Shown here in pieces: positions 1 to 11,040 of a DNA stretch of 64,000 nucleotides (the stretch's first letter is position 1; the number at the start of each line of letters is the position of its first letter). The translations under genes and the position numbers were made by a program. The stretch lies in NCBI GenBank assembly GCA_900617105.1, contig UYFQ01000001.1:1116001-1180000 (forward strand). Direction: 5' to 3'. The notes beneath the pieces are model-generated. The model had not been told where the DNA came from and did not search any database. It saw only the letters and a program-made list of their open reading frames with translations. Origin of the DNA: Hydrurus foetidus (lineage: Eukaryota).

Positions 1-203
1 AGGTGGGTACGATCACCATCAGTACAGGGTTCGCCGCATTGGCCAACGATGACACGCCAAGTGATGCGTTTGGCCGAGCTGACAAGGCGGTGTACTACGC
101 CAAAGGCCATGGCCGTAACCAAGTGTGCAGCTACCTGGAACTTGTGAAGGCGGGTGAACTGGTCGAGCAGGTGGTAGAAACCCAAGATGTTGATTTTTTT
201 TAA
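1..203 (+). CDS. GGDEF-domain protein, C-terminal part (truncated by window edge)
   Basis: TISTG...RADKAVYYAKGHGRNQV matches the GGDEF C-terminus. Confidence 0.85.
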   Translation, partial: VGTITISTGFAALANDDTPSDAFGRADKAVYYAKGHGRNQVCSYLELVKAGELVEQVVETQDVDFF

Positions 204-234
204 CCAACTAACGCTCTTACTTTGATAGCTTACT

Positions 235-1110
235 GTGCATAAATTTTCTTTGCTTAATGCAGTTTTTATCGTCAGCGTTATCACGAGCGTCCGTGTGCAG
301 GCTGTACCGCTGGAACAAGCCCAGTTCACGAGCTTAGACGGCACGTCACTTACAGCGTGGCTGGCATTACCTGATACCAGCAACACAACCAATGCGACAA
401 AGCCTGTTGCAACGGTCGTGGCGCTGCATGGTTGTGGTGGCTTGTTCGCCACCACCGGCCCTCGCCAGGGGCTGCTGAATGCCCGTCACCAAGCGATGGC
501 TGACAGGCTGGTGGGGGAAGGTTATGCGGTGCTGTTCCCTGACAGTCTGACTTCACGCGGTGTGCGCGAACTCTGTACCCAAAAAATCGGCAGCCGCAGC
601 ATCACCCAGCGTGAACGCCGCCGCGATGCGCTTGCCGCCCTGAACTGGGTACGTCAGCAATCTTGGGGGCAAACGGGAGGTGTTGCGCTCTTGGGGTGGT
701 CGCACGGTGGCAGTGCGGTGCTAGCGGCAACCGATGCCAACCAGCCCGAAGTCGCTGCTCAAAAAAGTCCTTTTAAAACAGCAATTGCTTTCTACCCTGG
801 TTGCGCAGCAGCATTGAAGAGTGGCTACCAGCCCAATACCACGCTCACGATGCTGGTGGGTGAAAAAGACGACTGGACACCCGCAGCCCCTTGCATTGCA
901 TTAGGCAAGACCGTAGGTGCCAGCGTCACGGTTTACCCTGACAGTTACCATGATTTTGACAATCCTGTAGGCACAGTTCGCTTGCGAACCGATGTGCCGA
1001 ACGGCGTTAACCCAGGACAGGGTGTGCATGTCGGGGCAAACCCCGTAGCGCGCGAAGCTGCCAATACCGAGGTGTTGTCTCGGTTAAAGGCGGCTTTCAA
1101 CAGTCTCTGA
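235..1110 (+). CDS. Dienelactone hydrolase family alpha/beta hydrolase, probably exported
   Basis: LHGCGG, GWSHGG nucleophile elbow, GEKDDW, YPDSYHDFD; hydrophobic N-terminus; start codon uncertain. Confidence 0.85.
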   Translation: MHKFSLLNAVFIVSVITSVRVQAVPLEQAQFTSLDGTSLTAWLALPDTSNTTNATKPVATVVALHGCGGLFATTGPRQGLLNARHQAMADRLVGEGYAVLFPDSLTSRGVRELCTQKIGSRSITQRERRRDALAALNWVRQQSWGQTGGVALLGWSHGGSAVLAATDANQPEVAAQKSPFKTAIAFYPGCAAALKSGYQPNTTLTMLVGEKDDWTPAAPCIALGKTVGASVTVYPDSYHDFDNPVGTVRLRTDVPNGVNPGQGVHVGANPVAREAANTEVLSRLKAAFNSL

Positions 1111-1182
1111 TGGTTCCTAATAGCCCCTGGCTGCTGTTTTATATGAAGCTCAAGAACCTTTAGTACGTAACATATTCCGTTT

Positions 1183-2481
1183 ATGAACACCATGATTGCG
1201 TTCGCACAAAGGGTATGCCGAATCGGACTTTTCTGGAGTGCGTTACTCAGCCTGTCTGTTGTGGCTCAAGATATCCCCAATGGGCAGGGTTTGCGTGTCA
1301 ATGGTTTTGGCACATTGGGTATCTTGCACGATGCCACTGATTTTGGTGGCAGCTTTCGCCGCGAATTGTCTCAACCTATTCCCGCGCCAGGCACGCATGT
1401 GCGTACCGACAGCCGCTTGGGTGTACAGCTCAACTACGCCGTCAACCCGCAATGGGAAATGGTCGGGCAGGTTGTGCTGAAAGACCGCGCATCGCCTTAC
1501 CCTGCCAGCGATGCTGTGGAGTGGGCCTTTCTCGCCTACCGCCCTCGACCTGACATAAGCCTGCGGCTTGGGCGTACCAGCCCAGATTTGTTTTTGATGT
1601 CAGACTACCGGAATGTAGGTTTTGCTTACGCGACTGCGCGTCCTGCGATTGATTTTTACAGCCACCTAGCTTTAGCTGTACTTGACGGTGCCGATCTCTC
1701 TAAAACCTGGATGTTGGATGATGTGCAGTGGCGTGCCAAGGTGTTTGCGGGCAAAAGTACCTACCATGCAACTGGGGGGCAGGCCGGTACTGTGAAGGGG
1801 GATGTGAGGGACTTGGTAGGGCTGATGCTGGCACGCGAACACGATGGCTTGCTGCTGCGAGCGACTTTGACCAAGTCGCGTATTAATTTCAACATAGCGG
1901 GTGTGTCTGATTTGCAGTTGGGCTTAGACAGCTTGGGGGGTGTGCCTGAGCCGGCAGTGGCTGCGCAAGCGGCTGAATTGCGCAAAAATGTTTTATCGGG
2001 CGATAAATCCGTGACTTACGCCTCAATAGGGGCAGCGTATGAACGCAACGCGTGGTTGCTCAACGCGGAGGTCTTGTCTACACGCAGTGAGTTTGTTCAA
2101 TTGGCTGTTAACGCTGGGTATGTGATGGTTGGGCGGCGGTTTGGCAACGTAACTTTGCATAGCACTGCGGGCCGTGCGCGAACGCGGTTAGCTGCTATGT
2201 CAACACCACAGTGGGCGAGTGCCTTGGCCCCTTTTTTAGGGCCTAACTTGGCGCAACAAGCTCAAGCGCTGGGTAGCCTAAGCACTGACTTGGTTAACAG
2301 TGTTCGTGTTGACCAGCGTACCCTTTCACTGGGATTGCGCTGGGATTTTGATCCTCGCATGGCATTGAAGGTGCAGTGGGATCAAACCCATGTGCAGCCT
2401 AACGGTACGGTGCTGTGGTCAGGGCGTGAAAGCGGTGGTCGTGCGAATGCGTACAGCGTTACGCTGGATTTTGTGTTTTGA
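1183..2481 (+). CDS. Porin-like outer-membrane beta-barrel protein
   Basis: Signal peptide, NGFGTLG start of the mature chain, amphipathic strands, C-terminal YSVTLDFVF beta-signal. Confidence 0.75.
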   Translation: MNTMIAFAQRVCRIGLFWSALLSLSVVAQDIPNGQGLRVNGFGTLGILHDATDFGGSFRRELSQPIPAPGTHVRTDSRLGVQLNYAVNPQWEMVGQVVLKDRASPYPASDAVEWAFLAYRPRPDISLRLGRTSPDLFLMSDYRNVGFAYATARPAIDFYSHLALAVLDGADLSKTWMLDDVQWRAKVFAGKSTYHATGGQAGTVKGDVRDLVGLMLAREHDGLLLRATLTKSRINFNIAGVSDLQLGLDSLGGVPEPAVAAQAAELRKNVLSGDKSVTYASIGAAYERNAWLLNAEVLSTRSEFVQLAVNAGYVMVGRRFGNVTLHSTAGRARTRLAAMSTPQWASALAPFLGPNLAQQAQALGSLSTDLVNSVRVDQRTLSLGLRWDFDPRMALKVQWDQTHVQPNGTVLWSGRESGGRANAYSVTLDFVF

Positions 2482-2969
2482 GGTGGCCTTTGAAAAATAA
2501 GTCAATCCCTCTGCAAAGTCGCTTTTTCCGGTTCACCCCGTGTCTGATGACTTGGGTGGTGGCGTGGGCGTTCATTGCCACGCCAGTTTGCGCTGACATC
2601 TATGTCGTGGTCGCCGTCACCAACCCACTGCGTAGCGTCACGCTCAAGGAGTTGCAATCTTTTTACATGGGACGCAACCGGGTACTGACCAACGGTGAAT
2701 TGGTGTCGGTGTATGACTTGCCACGTGACAATCCTACACGCGATGATTTCTACCAAGCGTTGACTGGCATGGGGCAGGCCCATATCAACAGCTACTGGTC
2801 ACGGCTTATGTTCACGGGGCAAATCATGCCCCCACAGTCGCTGGGCAGCGAACAGACCATGCTTGAGCAGATCAAACGCGGCGCTAACGCCATAGGTTAT
2901 CTCAGCAAAGAACCTGTCGACATGGCGCTACGCACCATCTTGGTCATCAAACCAAACGCGGGCAGCTGA
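2478..2969 (+). CDS. Small periplasmic protein, phosphate-ABC substrate-binding-like half domain
   Basis: Signal peptide ending VCA, then DIYVVV; YWSRLMFTGQ..PP and NAIGYL motifs; overlaps the porin stop; start uncertain. Confidence 0.7.
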   Translation: MRWPLKNKSIPLQSRFFRFTPCLMTWVVAWAFIATPVCADIYVVVAVTNPLRSVTLKELQSFYMGRNRVLTNGELVSVYDLPRDNPTRDDFYQALTGMGQAHINSYWSRLMFTGQIMPPQSLGSEQTMLEQIKRGANAIGYLSKEPVDMALRTILVIKPNAGS

Positions 2970-2979
2970 CGCTGGTGCT

Positions 2980-4590
2980 GTGAAAAATCTGCACATACGC
3001 TTTTTGCTGGCCGCTTTATTGGGCGCAATGGTCTTTGCCATCGTGGCCTCTACTGTGGCTTACCGACTGAGCTTTGACCGTGCTATTGACGGGGGACGCA
3101 CCACCCTGCGGGGACTGCTCGTAGCGGTGGAAAAAACCGCAGCCATTGGTGCCTATACGGGGGATCGGGTGCTGTTGCAAGAGGTCGTCGAAGGCTTATC
3201 GCGTCATCCACTGTCCGCTCAAGTTGAAGTCCTCAATAATTTCGGGATACCGCTGGCCACCAAGCCGTCCGATAGCGTCACTCCTGAGGTGATTACAGGT
3301 GACGATGTGAGGGTAGAGCAGGTTTTGAAATCCCCTTTTGACGCTAAGGATGCGGTGGGTGTGTTGCGTATAAAGGCCAATGTGCTGCAATTACAGGCAT
3401 CTGCACGCGCCGAAGCGGTAACACTGGCTTTGCTGATTACAGGACAAACGGTGGTTGTTGCACTTTTACTCTACGTGTTGGCCTTGCGCTTTGTATCTCG
3501 CCCGATTGTGATTTTGGCAAATACCCTGCACAGCATGACACCGGGTTCGGGCAAGCGTCTTTCCATGCCTGCTATGCATGAAAACGACGAGATCGGCGTT
3601 TTAATCACAGGTGCCAATGCCCTGCTGCTCGCCAATGAAGTTGCACTGCGTCGAGAACGTGAAATGCGCATTGAAATCGAAAAAATGGAGGCCCAATATC
3701 GCCAGATATTTGATGCCAGCAGTGCCGGCATTTTTGTGCTGAGCGGCGATGGTCATCTGATTAACAGCAACCCGACAGCACTGAAAATGGTAGGGAACTC
3801 GCTGGACGGACTGCAAGGCAATGACTTTGTAGGCAAGGTATTCGCCAACCCTGAGCGTATCCGCGCCATGATCGCCGACGCTGCGCGGCGTGGCGACACT
3901 GTCTCTGCGGACATTGAGTTGCGTGAGAAAGACAGTGTTTCACGCTGGGTTCACTGTTTAATTTCCGTACAAAACAGCAGCACTTCACCAGGTGCCCGGT
4001 CTACCGATATGGCCGTTCATGGCATGGTCGAAGGGGTGATGTACGACGTGACTGAGCGCAAAAAGATTGAAAAAGCAGTGCAGCACCAAGCCGAGCATGA
4101 CAGTCTCACCGGCTTGAAAAATCGCACCTCCAGCGATACAGTGATTGACCGGTTCATAGCCGATGCCATCAAGATGCAAAGCTCCGTATCCGTGCTTTAT
4201 ATTGATTTAGATGGTTTTAAACGGGTGAACGACCAGTTGGGCCACAAAGCGGGCGATCAAGTGCTCATTCATTGCGCCTACCGTATGCGTGCTGTGGTAC
4301 GACGTTCGTCCGATTTGATTGCCCGTATCGGTGGGGATGAGTTCTTAGTGGCGCTGCACAACACCGGCTCAGGGGACACCAATCTGACCCAGGTGGCCCA
4401 GGACTTGGTGGATGCGCTTTGCGAACCGATGACGCTCGATGACGGACAGGTCGCCTGCATCGGTGCCAGCATAGGCATCGCTTGCCACCCCCGCAATGGC
4501 CTGGCGCGCAAAGAATTATTGTTAGCCGCCGATATGGTGATGTACGAAGTCAAGCGCACGGGTAAAAACAGCTTCGCAATAGCGTTGTAG
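2980..4590 (+). CDS. Membrane sensor diguanylate cyclase (2 TM, HAMP, PAS, GGDEF)
   Basis: Two TM segments, HAMP (DEIG), PAS, HDSLTGL, DLDGFKRVND, RSSD I-site and intact GGDEF. Confidence 0.92.
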   Translation: MKNLHIRFLLAALLGAMVFAIVASTVAYRLSFDRAIDGGRTTLRGLLVAVEKTAAIGAYTGDRVLLQEVVEGLSRHPLSAQVEVLNNFGIPLATKPSDSVTPEVITGDDVRVEQVLKSPFDAKDAVGVLRIKANVLQLQASARAEAVTLALLITGQTVVVALLLYVLALRFVSRPIVILANTLHSMTPGSGKRLSMPAMHENDEIGVLITGANALLLANEVALRREREMRIEIEKMEAQYRQIFDASSAGIFVLSGDGHLINSNPTALKMVGNSLDGLQGNDFVGKVFANPERIRAMIADAARRGDTVSADIELREKDSVSRWVHCLISVQNSSTSPGARSTDMAVHGMVEGVMYDVTERKKIEKAVQHQAEHDSLTGLKNRTSSDTVIDRFIADAIKMQSSVSVLYIDLDGFKRVNDQLGHKAGDQVLIHCAYRMRAVVRRSSDLIARIGGDEFLVALHNTGSGDTNLTQVAQDLVDALCEPMTLDDGQVACIGASIGIACHPRNGLARKELLLAADMVMYEVKRTGKNSFAIAL

Positions 4591-4594
4591 CCGC

Positions 4595-4622
4595 AACGGT
4601 CTGTGCGCTTGCGCAGACCGTT
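4595..4622. terminator. Hairpin between convergent genes, probable terminator
   Basis: AACGGTCTGTGC-gctt-GCGCAGACCGTT followed by a T-rich stretch. Confidence 0.6.
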
Positions 4623-4645
4623 TGATTTCTCTCTGCCTCTGCTTT

Positions 4646-6715
4646 TTAGCCTCCGTGGAACTTCATCACCAGCGGCACGATCAGCAAGGCCACGATGTTG
4701 ATGATCTTGATGAGCGGGTTCACCGCCGGGCCAGCCGTGTCTTTGTAAGGGTCACCCACGGTGTCACCGGTTACCGCCGCTTTGTGGGTTTCAGAACCCT
4801 TGCCACCGTGGTGGCCGTCTTCGATGTACTTCTTGGCGTTGTCCCATGCACCGCCGCCAGTGCACATGCTTATTGCCACAAACAGGCCGGTAACGATGGT
4901 GCCCATCAGCAAGCCGCCCAGGGCTTTGGGGCCAAGCAGCAGGCCCACCAGCACAGGTACCACCACGGGCAGCAGGCTAGGGATCATCATTTCCTTGATG
5001 GCGGCGCTGGTCAGCATGTCCACGGCGCGGCCATATTCGGGTTTGGCCGTGCCTTCCATGATGCCTTTGATCTCACGGAACTGGCGGCGAACTTCCACCA
5101 CCACAGCACCTGCTGCACGGCCCACAGCCTCCATCGCCATAGCACCAAACAGGTAGGGGATCATCCCGCCGATGAACAGGCCTACGATGACCAGCGGATC
5201 GCTCAAGTCAAAGGTAATGGCCTTGCCGTAGCTTTCCAGCTTGTGGGTGTAGTCGGCAAACAGCACCAACGCCGCCAAACCGGCCGAACCAATCGCGTAG
5301 CCTTTGGTGACGGCCTTGGTGGTGTTGCCTACGGCGTCCAGCGGGTCGGTGACATCGCGCACTTCCTTGGGCATTTCCGCCATTTCAGCGATACCGCCTG
5401 CGTTGTCGGTGATGGGGCCATAGGCATCCAAAGCGACCACGATGCCAGCCATGCTCAGCATAGAAGTGGCAGCGACAGCAATGCCGTACAAGCCGCCCAG
5501 ACCATAGGCAGTGAGGATGGCGGCGCAGACGAACAGTACAGGCCATGCTGTAGAGCGCATCGACACGCCTAAGCCTGCAATGATGTTGGTGCCGTGTCCG
5601 GTGGTTGAGGCTTGCGCGATGTGTTGTACCGGTGCGTACTGCGTGCCGGTGTAGTACTCGGTGATCCACACCAGTGCAGCCGTCAGCACCAAGCCCACAG
5701 CGCAAGCTCCAAACAGCTTCATCGTGCTGCCCGTGGCGGTGATGGCGTTGTCAGGAATCAGCCATTGTGTGACGAAGAAAAAGGCGATCAGCGACAGCAC
5801 ACCCGCCACAGCCAGCCCCTTGTACAGCGCTGGCATCACGTTCTTCATGCCCGGCGTGGCCTTGACGAAGAAGCAACCAATGATGGACGCAATGATGGAG
5901 ACACCCCCCAGCGCCAAGGGGTAAATAACGGCTACCATGCCTGCTGAGCTTGCTACAAGTGCTCCTAAAACCATAGTGGCAATCAACGTAACCGCATAGG
6001 TCTCGAACAAGTCGGCTGCCATGCCTGCGCAGTCGCCCACGTTGTCGCCCACGTTGTCGGCAATCACGGCAGGGTTGCGCGGGTCATCCTCGGGGATGCC
6101 GGCTTCCACCTTGCCTACCAAATCAGCCCCCACGTCTGCACCCTTGGTAAAGATACCGCCGCCCAGACGGGCAAAAATGGAAATGAGCGATGAGCCAAAG
6201 GCAAAGCCAATCAGCGGATCAAGCAGCCGGGCAAGGTTTTTGCCGGGAGACAGATTGCCGTCCCCCACCAAGAACCAAAAGAAGCCTGTCACCCCCAGCA
6301 AACCCAAGCCCACCACCAGCATCCCGGTGATGGCTCCGCCGCGAAACGCCACGTCCAGCGCTGGGCCAATGCCCTTGGTGGCAGCTTGCGCGGTACGCAC
6401 ATTGGCCCGTACTGAAACGTTCATGCCGATGAAGCCGCAAGCGCCCGACAGCACGGCACCAATCACAAAACCAACGGCTGTTTGCCCATCCAGAAAAATA
6501 GCAATCAGGATGGCGAGCACCACGCCCACCATCGCGATCGTTCGGTACTGCCTGGAAAGGTAAGCCGCCGCACCGGCCTGGATGGCTGCGGCAATCTCTT
6601 GCATGCGGGCATTGCCCGCGTCTTGAGAAAGAATCCACCCTCGGGCCCAAAAGCCGTAACCTACGGCGATAAAGCCGCAAACGAGCGCCAGAATAAGCGC
6701 AGCATTGCCTGTCAT
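4646..6715 (-). CDS. hppA: Membrane-bound pyrophosphatase, probably K+-independent H+-PPase
   Basis: [26 protein letters not shown] (Lys variant typical of K+-independent enzymes); AGGAG RBS before ATG 6715. Confidence 0.95.
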   Translation of the reverse strand: MTGNAALILALVCGFIAVGYGFWARGWILSQDAGNARMQEIAAAIQAGAAAYLSRQYRTIAMVGVVLAILIAIFLDGQTAVGFVIGAVLSGACGFIGMNVSVRANVRTAQAATKGIGPALDVAFRGGAITGMLVVGLGLLGVTGFFWFLVGDGNLSPGKNLARLLDPLIGFAFGSSLISIFARLGGGIFTKGADVGADLVGKVEAGIPEDDPRNPAVIADNVGDNVGDCAGMAADLFETYAVTLIATMVLGALVASSAGMVAVIYPLALGGVSIIASIIGCFFVKATPGMKNVMPALYKGLAVAGVLSLIAFFFVTQWLIPDNAITATGSTMKLFGACAVGLVLTAALVWITEYYTGTQYAPVQHIAQASTTGHGTNIIAGLGVSMRSTAWPVLFVCAAILTAYGLGGLYGIAVAATSMLSMAGIVVALDAYGPITDNAGGIAEMAEMPKEVRDVTDPLDAVGNTTKAVTKGYAIGSAGLAALVLFADYTHKLESYGKAITFDLSDPLVIVGLFIGGMIPYLFGAMAMEAVGRAAGAVVVEVRRQFREIKGIMEGTAKPEYGRAVDMLTSAAIKEMMIPSLLPVVVPVLVGLLLGPKALGGLLMGTIVTGLFVAISMCTGGGAWDNAKKYIEDGHHGGKGSETHKAAVTGDTVGDPYKDTAGPAVNPLIKIINIVALLIVPLVMKFHGG

Positions 6716-7005
6716 AGTGTTGTCTCCTGTTGTGTCGCTAGGAAGGGGTAACACGTACCATGCCAACGCATAAGGAACTGAACGACCCCCGCTGCGTTGC
6801 TTCCTCGCAGCGCCACAGGGGCGAAGACGATTGGCCAACGGGTGCAATATACGGCTAAACCCTTTGAACTGGGGCGTTCTGTAAGGCTTGTAAGGGCAAG
6901 GCACCGGTAAAATCAGGGAAAGTCCTGAGCGTGTTAACCCACACGGACTTCGCCCGACAAGCACACGGTTTGTCACTTCTCATCAACCCCAAGAAACCTG
7001 ATCTC

Positions 7006-7548
7006 ATGTCCTTACAAAAAGTGAACCCTGGCGACAAAGCACCTGATGCCTTCAACGTGGTGATTGAAATCCCCATGAACGCTGACCCGGTGAAGTACGA
7101 GGTGGACAAAGATTCTGGCGCGATTTTTGTAGATCGTTTCATGAGCACCGCCATGCATTACCCCACCAACTACGGCTACGTGCCCAAAACCCTCAGTGGT
7201 GACGGCGACCCGGTGGACGTGCTGGTGATTACCCCCGTGCCCTTGATTCCCGGCGTGGTGGTGACATGCCGCCCCATCGGCATTTTGATGATGGAAGACG
7301 AAGCTGGTATTGACGGCAAAGTGCTGGCTGTGCCTATCGACAAAATCTTGTCGATTTACACCCACTGGCAAAAGCCAGAGGACATGAACCCATTACGTCT
7401 CAAAACCATAGCCCATTTCTTTGAGCACTACAAAGACCTGGAGCCAGGCAAATGGGTGAAGATCCAAGGCTGGGAAGGCCCAGACGCTGCACGCAAAGAA
7501 ATCATGGACGGCATCGCCAACTACAACAAGGCTAACGCCGCCGAGTAA
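7006..7548 (+). CDS. ppa: Soluble inorganic pyrophosphatase, family I
   Basis: [26 protein letters not shown]. Confidence 0.97.
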   Translation: MSLQKVNPGDKAPDAFNVVIEIPMNADPVKYEVDKDSGAIFVDRFMSTAMHYPTNYGYVPKTLSGDGDPVDVLVITPVPLIPGVVVTCRPIGILMMEDEAGIDGKVLAVPIDKILSIYTHWQKPEDMNPLRLKTIAHFFEHYKDLEPGKWVKIQGWEGPDAARKEIMDGIANYNKANAAE

Positions 7549-7601
7549 GCTATCGGTTGCAGACCGACTCGCGGCGTAACGTCGGTGGAATTGTTCGGTA
7601 T

Positions 7602-8411
7602 TTAACTGCGCAAAGGATCTGGAAACACCAGCCCTTGCAAAGCCCCTTTAGGCTCAAACGCTTGCCATTGGCCCTCGGGCTGTGCCAAGCGGTCTGCCAC
7701 CACCCACCAGGCACTCGGGTTCAAACCCAGACCCACATGACTGGCGTACACCTCCACGTTCTCAGTGTTCGGTGTTTCCGCGCTGGGCGGTTGGATGCTA
7801 CACGGCCACGCCACCACGCCATCGGTGCGCGAATAAACAGAGGTGGTGGGCACACTGGGTGCCACAGGTAGTTCGTAGTTATGCACTTCTTGGCCTGCAT
7901 CGCGGCCACTGACCAGTTCGTACACGCGCCATGCATTGGTGCTTTTGGGCGAGCCATTGAAGGGGGTGCCCAGCGTGATGACGCAACGCGCCATGTCGGG
8001 CATTTCTTTGGCCAGCTCACGGGCGTAGACACCACCCAGGCTCCAGCCAATCAGACTGACTTTTTTGCCCGTGGACTCGAACAGCGCACGCACTTGCTTA
8101 CGGGCGTTTTCCAGCACACCGGCTTTGGGGCCAAAGTTCAGACCCTGTTCCCAGCCATGAGGCTCATAGCCCAGGCTGCTCAGGTAACGACGAAGTGGTA
8201 CGGTGGAGGCGTCCCCTGCTGAGAGGCCGGGGAACACCAGCACAGCATGACCGTCACCCGCAGGCGCACGCGACAACACCGGCAAGCAGGGCAGTACAGC
8301 ACCAAACTCCCAGAAAGCACGGAACTCCATCGCCAGCAAAAACAAGTTCGGCGGGGCTAAGTTTTTATCGGTAGCGTCAGGGGCGGGCATGGCGTAACTG
8401 AAAGGGTTCAT
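7602..8411 (-). CDS. Alpha/beta hydrolase (lipase/esterase-like)
   Basis: GWSLGG, TLGTPF, DGVV, SHVGL; start uncertain. Confidence 0.8.
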   Translation of the reverse strand: MNPFSYAMPAPDATDKNLAPPNLFLLAMEFRAFWEFGAVLPCLPVLSRAPAGDGHAVLVFPGLSAGDASTVPLRRYLSSLGYEPHGWEQGLNFGPKAGVLENARKQVRALFESTGKKVSLIGWSLGGVYARELAKEMPDMARCVITLGTPFNGSPKSTNAWRVYELVSGRDAGQEVHNYELPVAPSVPTTSVYSRTDGVVAWPCSIQPPSAETPNTENVEVYASHVGLGLNPSAWWVVADRLAQPEGQWQAFEPKGALQGLVFPDPLRS

Positions 8412-8702
8412 GAGGTTCGATAACAAGATGTTCCCTTCTCGGGCTGTTGAAAAGGGTGTGAAGGTAGCACTTTTACAAAGTGTTACAGCCCTAAAACAGG
8501 TCAAAACAGCCTTGTTTCTTCCGAATTAGAGTCCGCCCTCTTTTATAGCGTCGCGTTGGTGACGAATCATGGTGTTTACCCCTGCGGGTATTGCCTAGGC
8601 GCTAGAGCTTGGCTGCCTTAGACACCCGGTGTTGCGCTGGTAAATACAGTTATCAGCAACAATCAGATGTCTGTTTTGACCTGTATTTTTGAAACGCTCA
8701 CC

Positions 8703-11003
8703 ATGAAGTTCATCACCTCTACCCCTGCCTTGCGCTTATCGCCACTTGTGCCCTTGCTCATGCCCTTGCTCGCACTGGCGCAAATGCCCACAGAAGAGCG
8801 CTCAGCCACCGAAGGCCGTCAGTTAGAGACCGTCACCGTGCGTGAGCGGCGCTCCATTGCACAGCGGTTTTTTGCCACAGGCTCGCTCGTCACGGTAGAC
8901 CGGCAAGACATTGAGGCGATGGGAGCCGATACCGTCACCGATGTGTTGCGCCAACTGCCCGGCGTTCAAGTGAATGAAAGTGGCAACGGCAGCCTAGACA
9001 TCCGCATGCGTGGCATGGACAGGTCAGCCACGCAAATTCTGGTGGACGGCCAAAAAGTCAGCGGTACACGGCAATCCGCCCAGTTGCCGTTTGACCAACT
9101 CCCGTCCGACATGATCGAGCGCATCGAGGTGCTGCGTGCCCCATCGGCAGAATTCACCGGGGCGACGGGTGGCACCATCAACATCGTGTTGCGCCAGGCC
9201 ACGGTGCAGCGCGAAACCAATATCCGATTGACCGACCAGCGCGTGTGGGGGCAAAACGCCTACCAAGGGTTTTTCTCAAAAACCGGCCCCTTGACTTCCC
9301 CTGCTGCACCTCCAGAGAAGCCCGAAAAATTGCCTGAAGATGCTGCAAATGATGCCGCCAACGCAGCTCCACCCCTGGCCGCACCCAAAGAGCCTTGGAC
9401 GTATTTCCTCGCCGGTTCTGCCTCAGACCGTGTGACGGGCAGCGACACCCACCGCAGCACGACCATCACAGGCAGCAAGCCCGCCACCAGCCAGTCCGAT
9501 GAAAAATACCGCTTTCGCACGTCCGAGTGGTTGCTGATTCCCCGGCTCAGCGGGCGCTTGGGGCCGTCAGACCAGATCAACTTTCGCGCCATGCTGCTGG
9601 GTACACGGGTCAATGGCCAGTTTGACAGTGCTGGTGCAGGCGCCGACGGCTTTGGCCCCACCAGCAGCCGGGTGCTTGACCACACCGGCAGCGAGCGCAG
9701 TTTGGCCCAGTTGCGCGGCGACTGGACGCACCGCTTCAAAGGCAGCCGCCTGGAGTCGTACCTGTCGGGTCAGCAAAGCAGCGAACGTGTTGACCGCAAC
9801 CGCCTGCAAACCCTGGCCAGCAGCACGACCGGCGAAACCACCACGCCATCCACCTTTCTGGACGACCGCCGCGAGAAAGCCTTCACCGTATCCACCAAAC
9901 TCACCGGCACTGAAAACCCCTTGCTGTGGATGGTCGGCGCCGAGGCCGAAGAGCGCCGCCTGAGCGTAGACACCGCTAATAGCGTGGGCTTAAACGCCAC
10001 CCCCACACCGTTTGGCCTGGGCACACGCACCCGCCGCACGGCACTGTGGGGTCAAAACGAATGGGAATTGCCCGCTAAAACCACCTTCACCGCCGGTCTG
10101 CGTCTGGAAAGCACCGAGACCCGCAGCGACTACACAGGTATCACCACAACGAACCGCCGCACGTTTTTGCAACCCTCGCTGCACACCCGCACCCCCATCA
10201 ACGACGACCTGCAAGTGCGCTTCAACCTCGCCCGCGTCAGCCGCAACCCCGCGCTGATGGATTTGCTCGATCGCCGCATCCCCAGCACTGGCCTGAACGC
10301 GCCCAACAACCCCGACTTTGCGGGCAACCCCGGCCTGCGCCCCGAATCCACCTTCACCTTTGACGGTGGCCTGGAGCGCAAGCTGGGCGAGCAAGGCGTG
10401 CTGGGGGTGAACCTGTTTGTTCGCCAGATCAAAGACGTGATCGCCCGCCGCGTCACCGACTTGGGTGCAGGGGCCGGCGGCAGTCTGTGGACGCAACGCC
10501 CTGAGAACGTCGGAAACGCCACGGTCTGGGGTTTGGAAGCCGACATTAAAACCAATGTGAACTGGCCCAGCGACCTCGGCATGGGGCGAGGCTGGACGCT
10601 GTCCAGCAACGCCAGCCTGCTGCAATCGCGCATGACCAGCGGCGACAGCGTAGGCCAGCGCATCCCTGGTCAAGCACGGTATGTGGTCAACGCCAACTTG
10701 GCCAAGCCCGTGCCCAAGGGCGAAGGCTGGTTTGGTGGCACCAGCCTGACGCTGACCGGCGCGGCAGACCTGAACACCTCACCCACCTCATCAGGCCGTG
10801 AGCTGGCCTATGCCAGCGCCGATGTGTACGTGGGCCGGGTGGTGGCCGGTTGGGGCTATTGGCGTGCCACTGTCTACAACATCACCAACTCCAAACGTGC
10901 CCGCGAACGGATGGACATTGACCCCGCAGGGCGCAGCTACGCAGAACAATCCGCCCTGCGCTGGACACCTCGGGTGTTTTTGGTGGTGGGGACGCGGTTT
11001 TAG
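8703..11003 (+). CDS. TonB-dependent receptor
   Basis: TonB box ETVTV, plug IERIEVLRAP, GNPGLRPE, C-terminal F. Confidence 0.92.
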   Translation: MKFITSTPALRLSPLVPLLMPLLALAQMPTEERSATEGRQLETVTVRERRSIAQRFFATGSLVTVDRQDIEAMGADTVTDVLRQLPGVQVNESGNGSLDIRMRGMDRSATQILVDGQKVSGTRQSAQLPFDQLPSDMIERIEVLRAPSAEFTGATGGTINIVLRQATVQRETNIRLTDQRVWGQNAYQGFFSKTGPLTSPAAPPEKPEKLPEDAANDAANAAPPLAAPKEPWTYFLAGSASDRVTGSDTHRSTTITGSKPATSQSDEKYRFRTSEWLLIPRLSGRLGPSDQINFRAMLLGTRVNGQFDSAGAGADGFGPTSSRVLDHTGSERSLAQLRGDWTHRFKGSRLESYLSGQQSSERVDRNRLQTLASSTTGETTTPSTFLDDRREKAFTVSTKLTGTENPLLWMVGAEAEERRLSVDTANSVGLNATPTPFGLGTRTRRTALWGQNEWELPAKTTFTAGLRLESTETRSDYTGITTTNRRTFLQPSLHTRTPINDDLQVRFNLARVSRNPALMDLLDRRIPSTGLNAPNNPDFAGNPGLRPESTFTFDGGLERKLGEQGVLGVNLFVRQIKDVIARRVTDLGAGAGGSLWTQRPENVGNATVWGLEADIKTNVNWPSDLGMGRGWTLSSNASLLQSRMTSGDSVGQRIPGQARYVVNANLAKPVPKGEGWFGGTSLTLTGAADLNTSPTSSGRELAYASADVYVGRVVAGWGYWRATVYNITNSKRARERMDIDPAGRSYAEQSALRWTPRVFLVVGTRF

Positions 11004-11005
11004 AA

Positions 11006-11040
11006 AACTTGCCTTAACTTACCTTAACTTGCCTTAACTT
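11006..11040. repeat. 3.5 copies of a 10-bp tandem repeat (AACTTRCCTT)
   Basis: aacttgcctt aacttacctt aacttgcctt aactt, spanning the hutF stop codon. Confidence 0.9.

Noticed and set aside
1108..1160. Possible extra copy of the 17-bp repeat after the hydrolase gene
   Set aside because: Only the ATAGC half matches; the left arm and GCA spacing do not fit.
4622..5572. 316-aa plus-strand ORF, and similar long ORFs such as 13621-14847, 19364-20779, 22075-23115 and 58964-59998
   Set aside because: Antisense shadows of well-supported genes in high-GC DNA, with no recognisable motifs.
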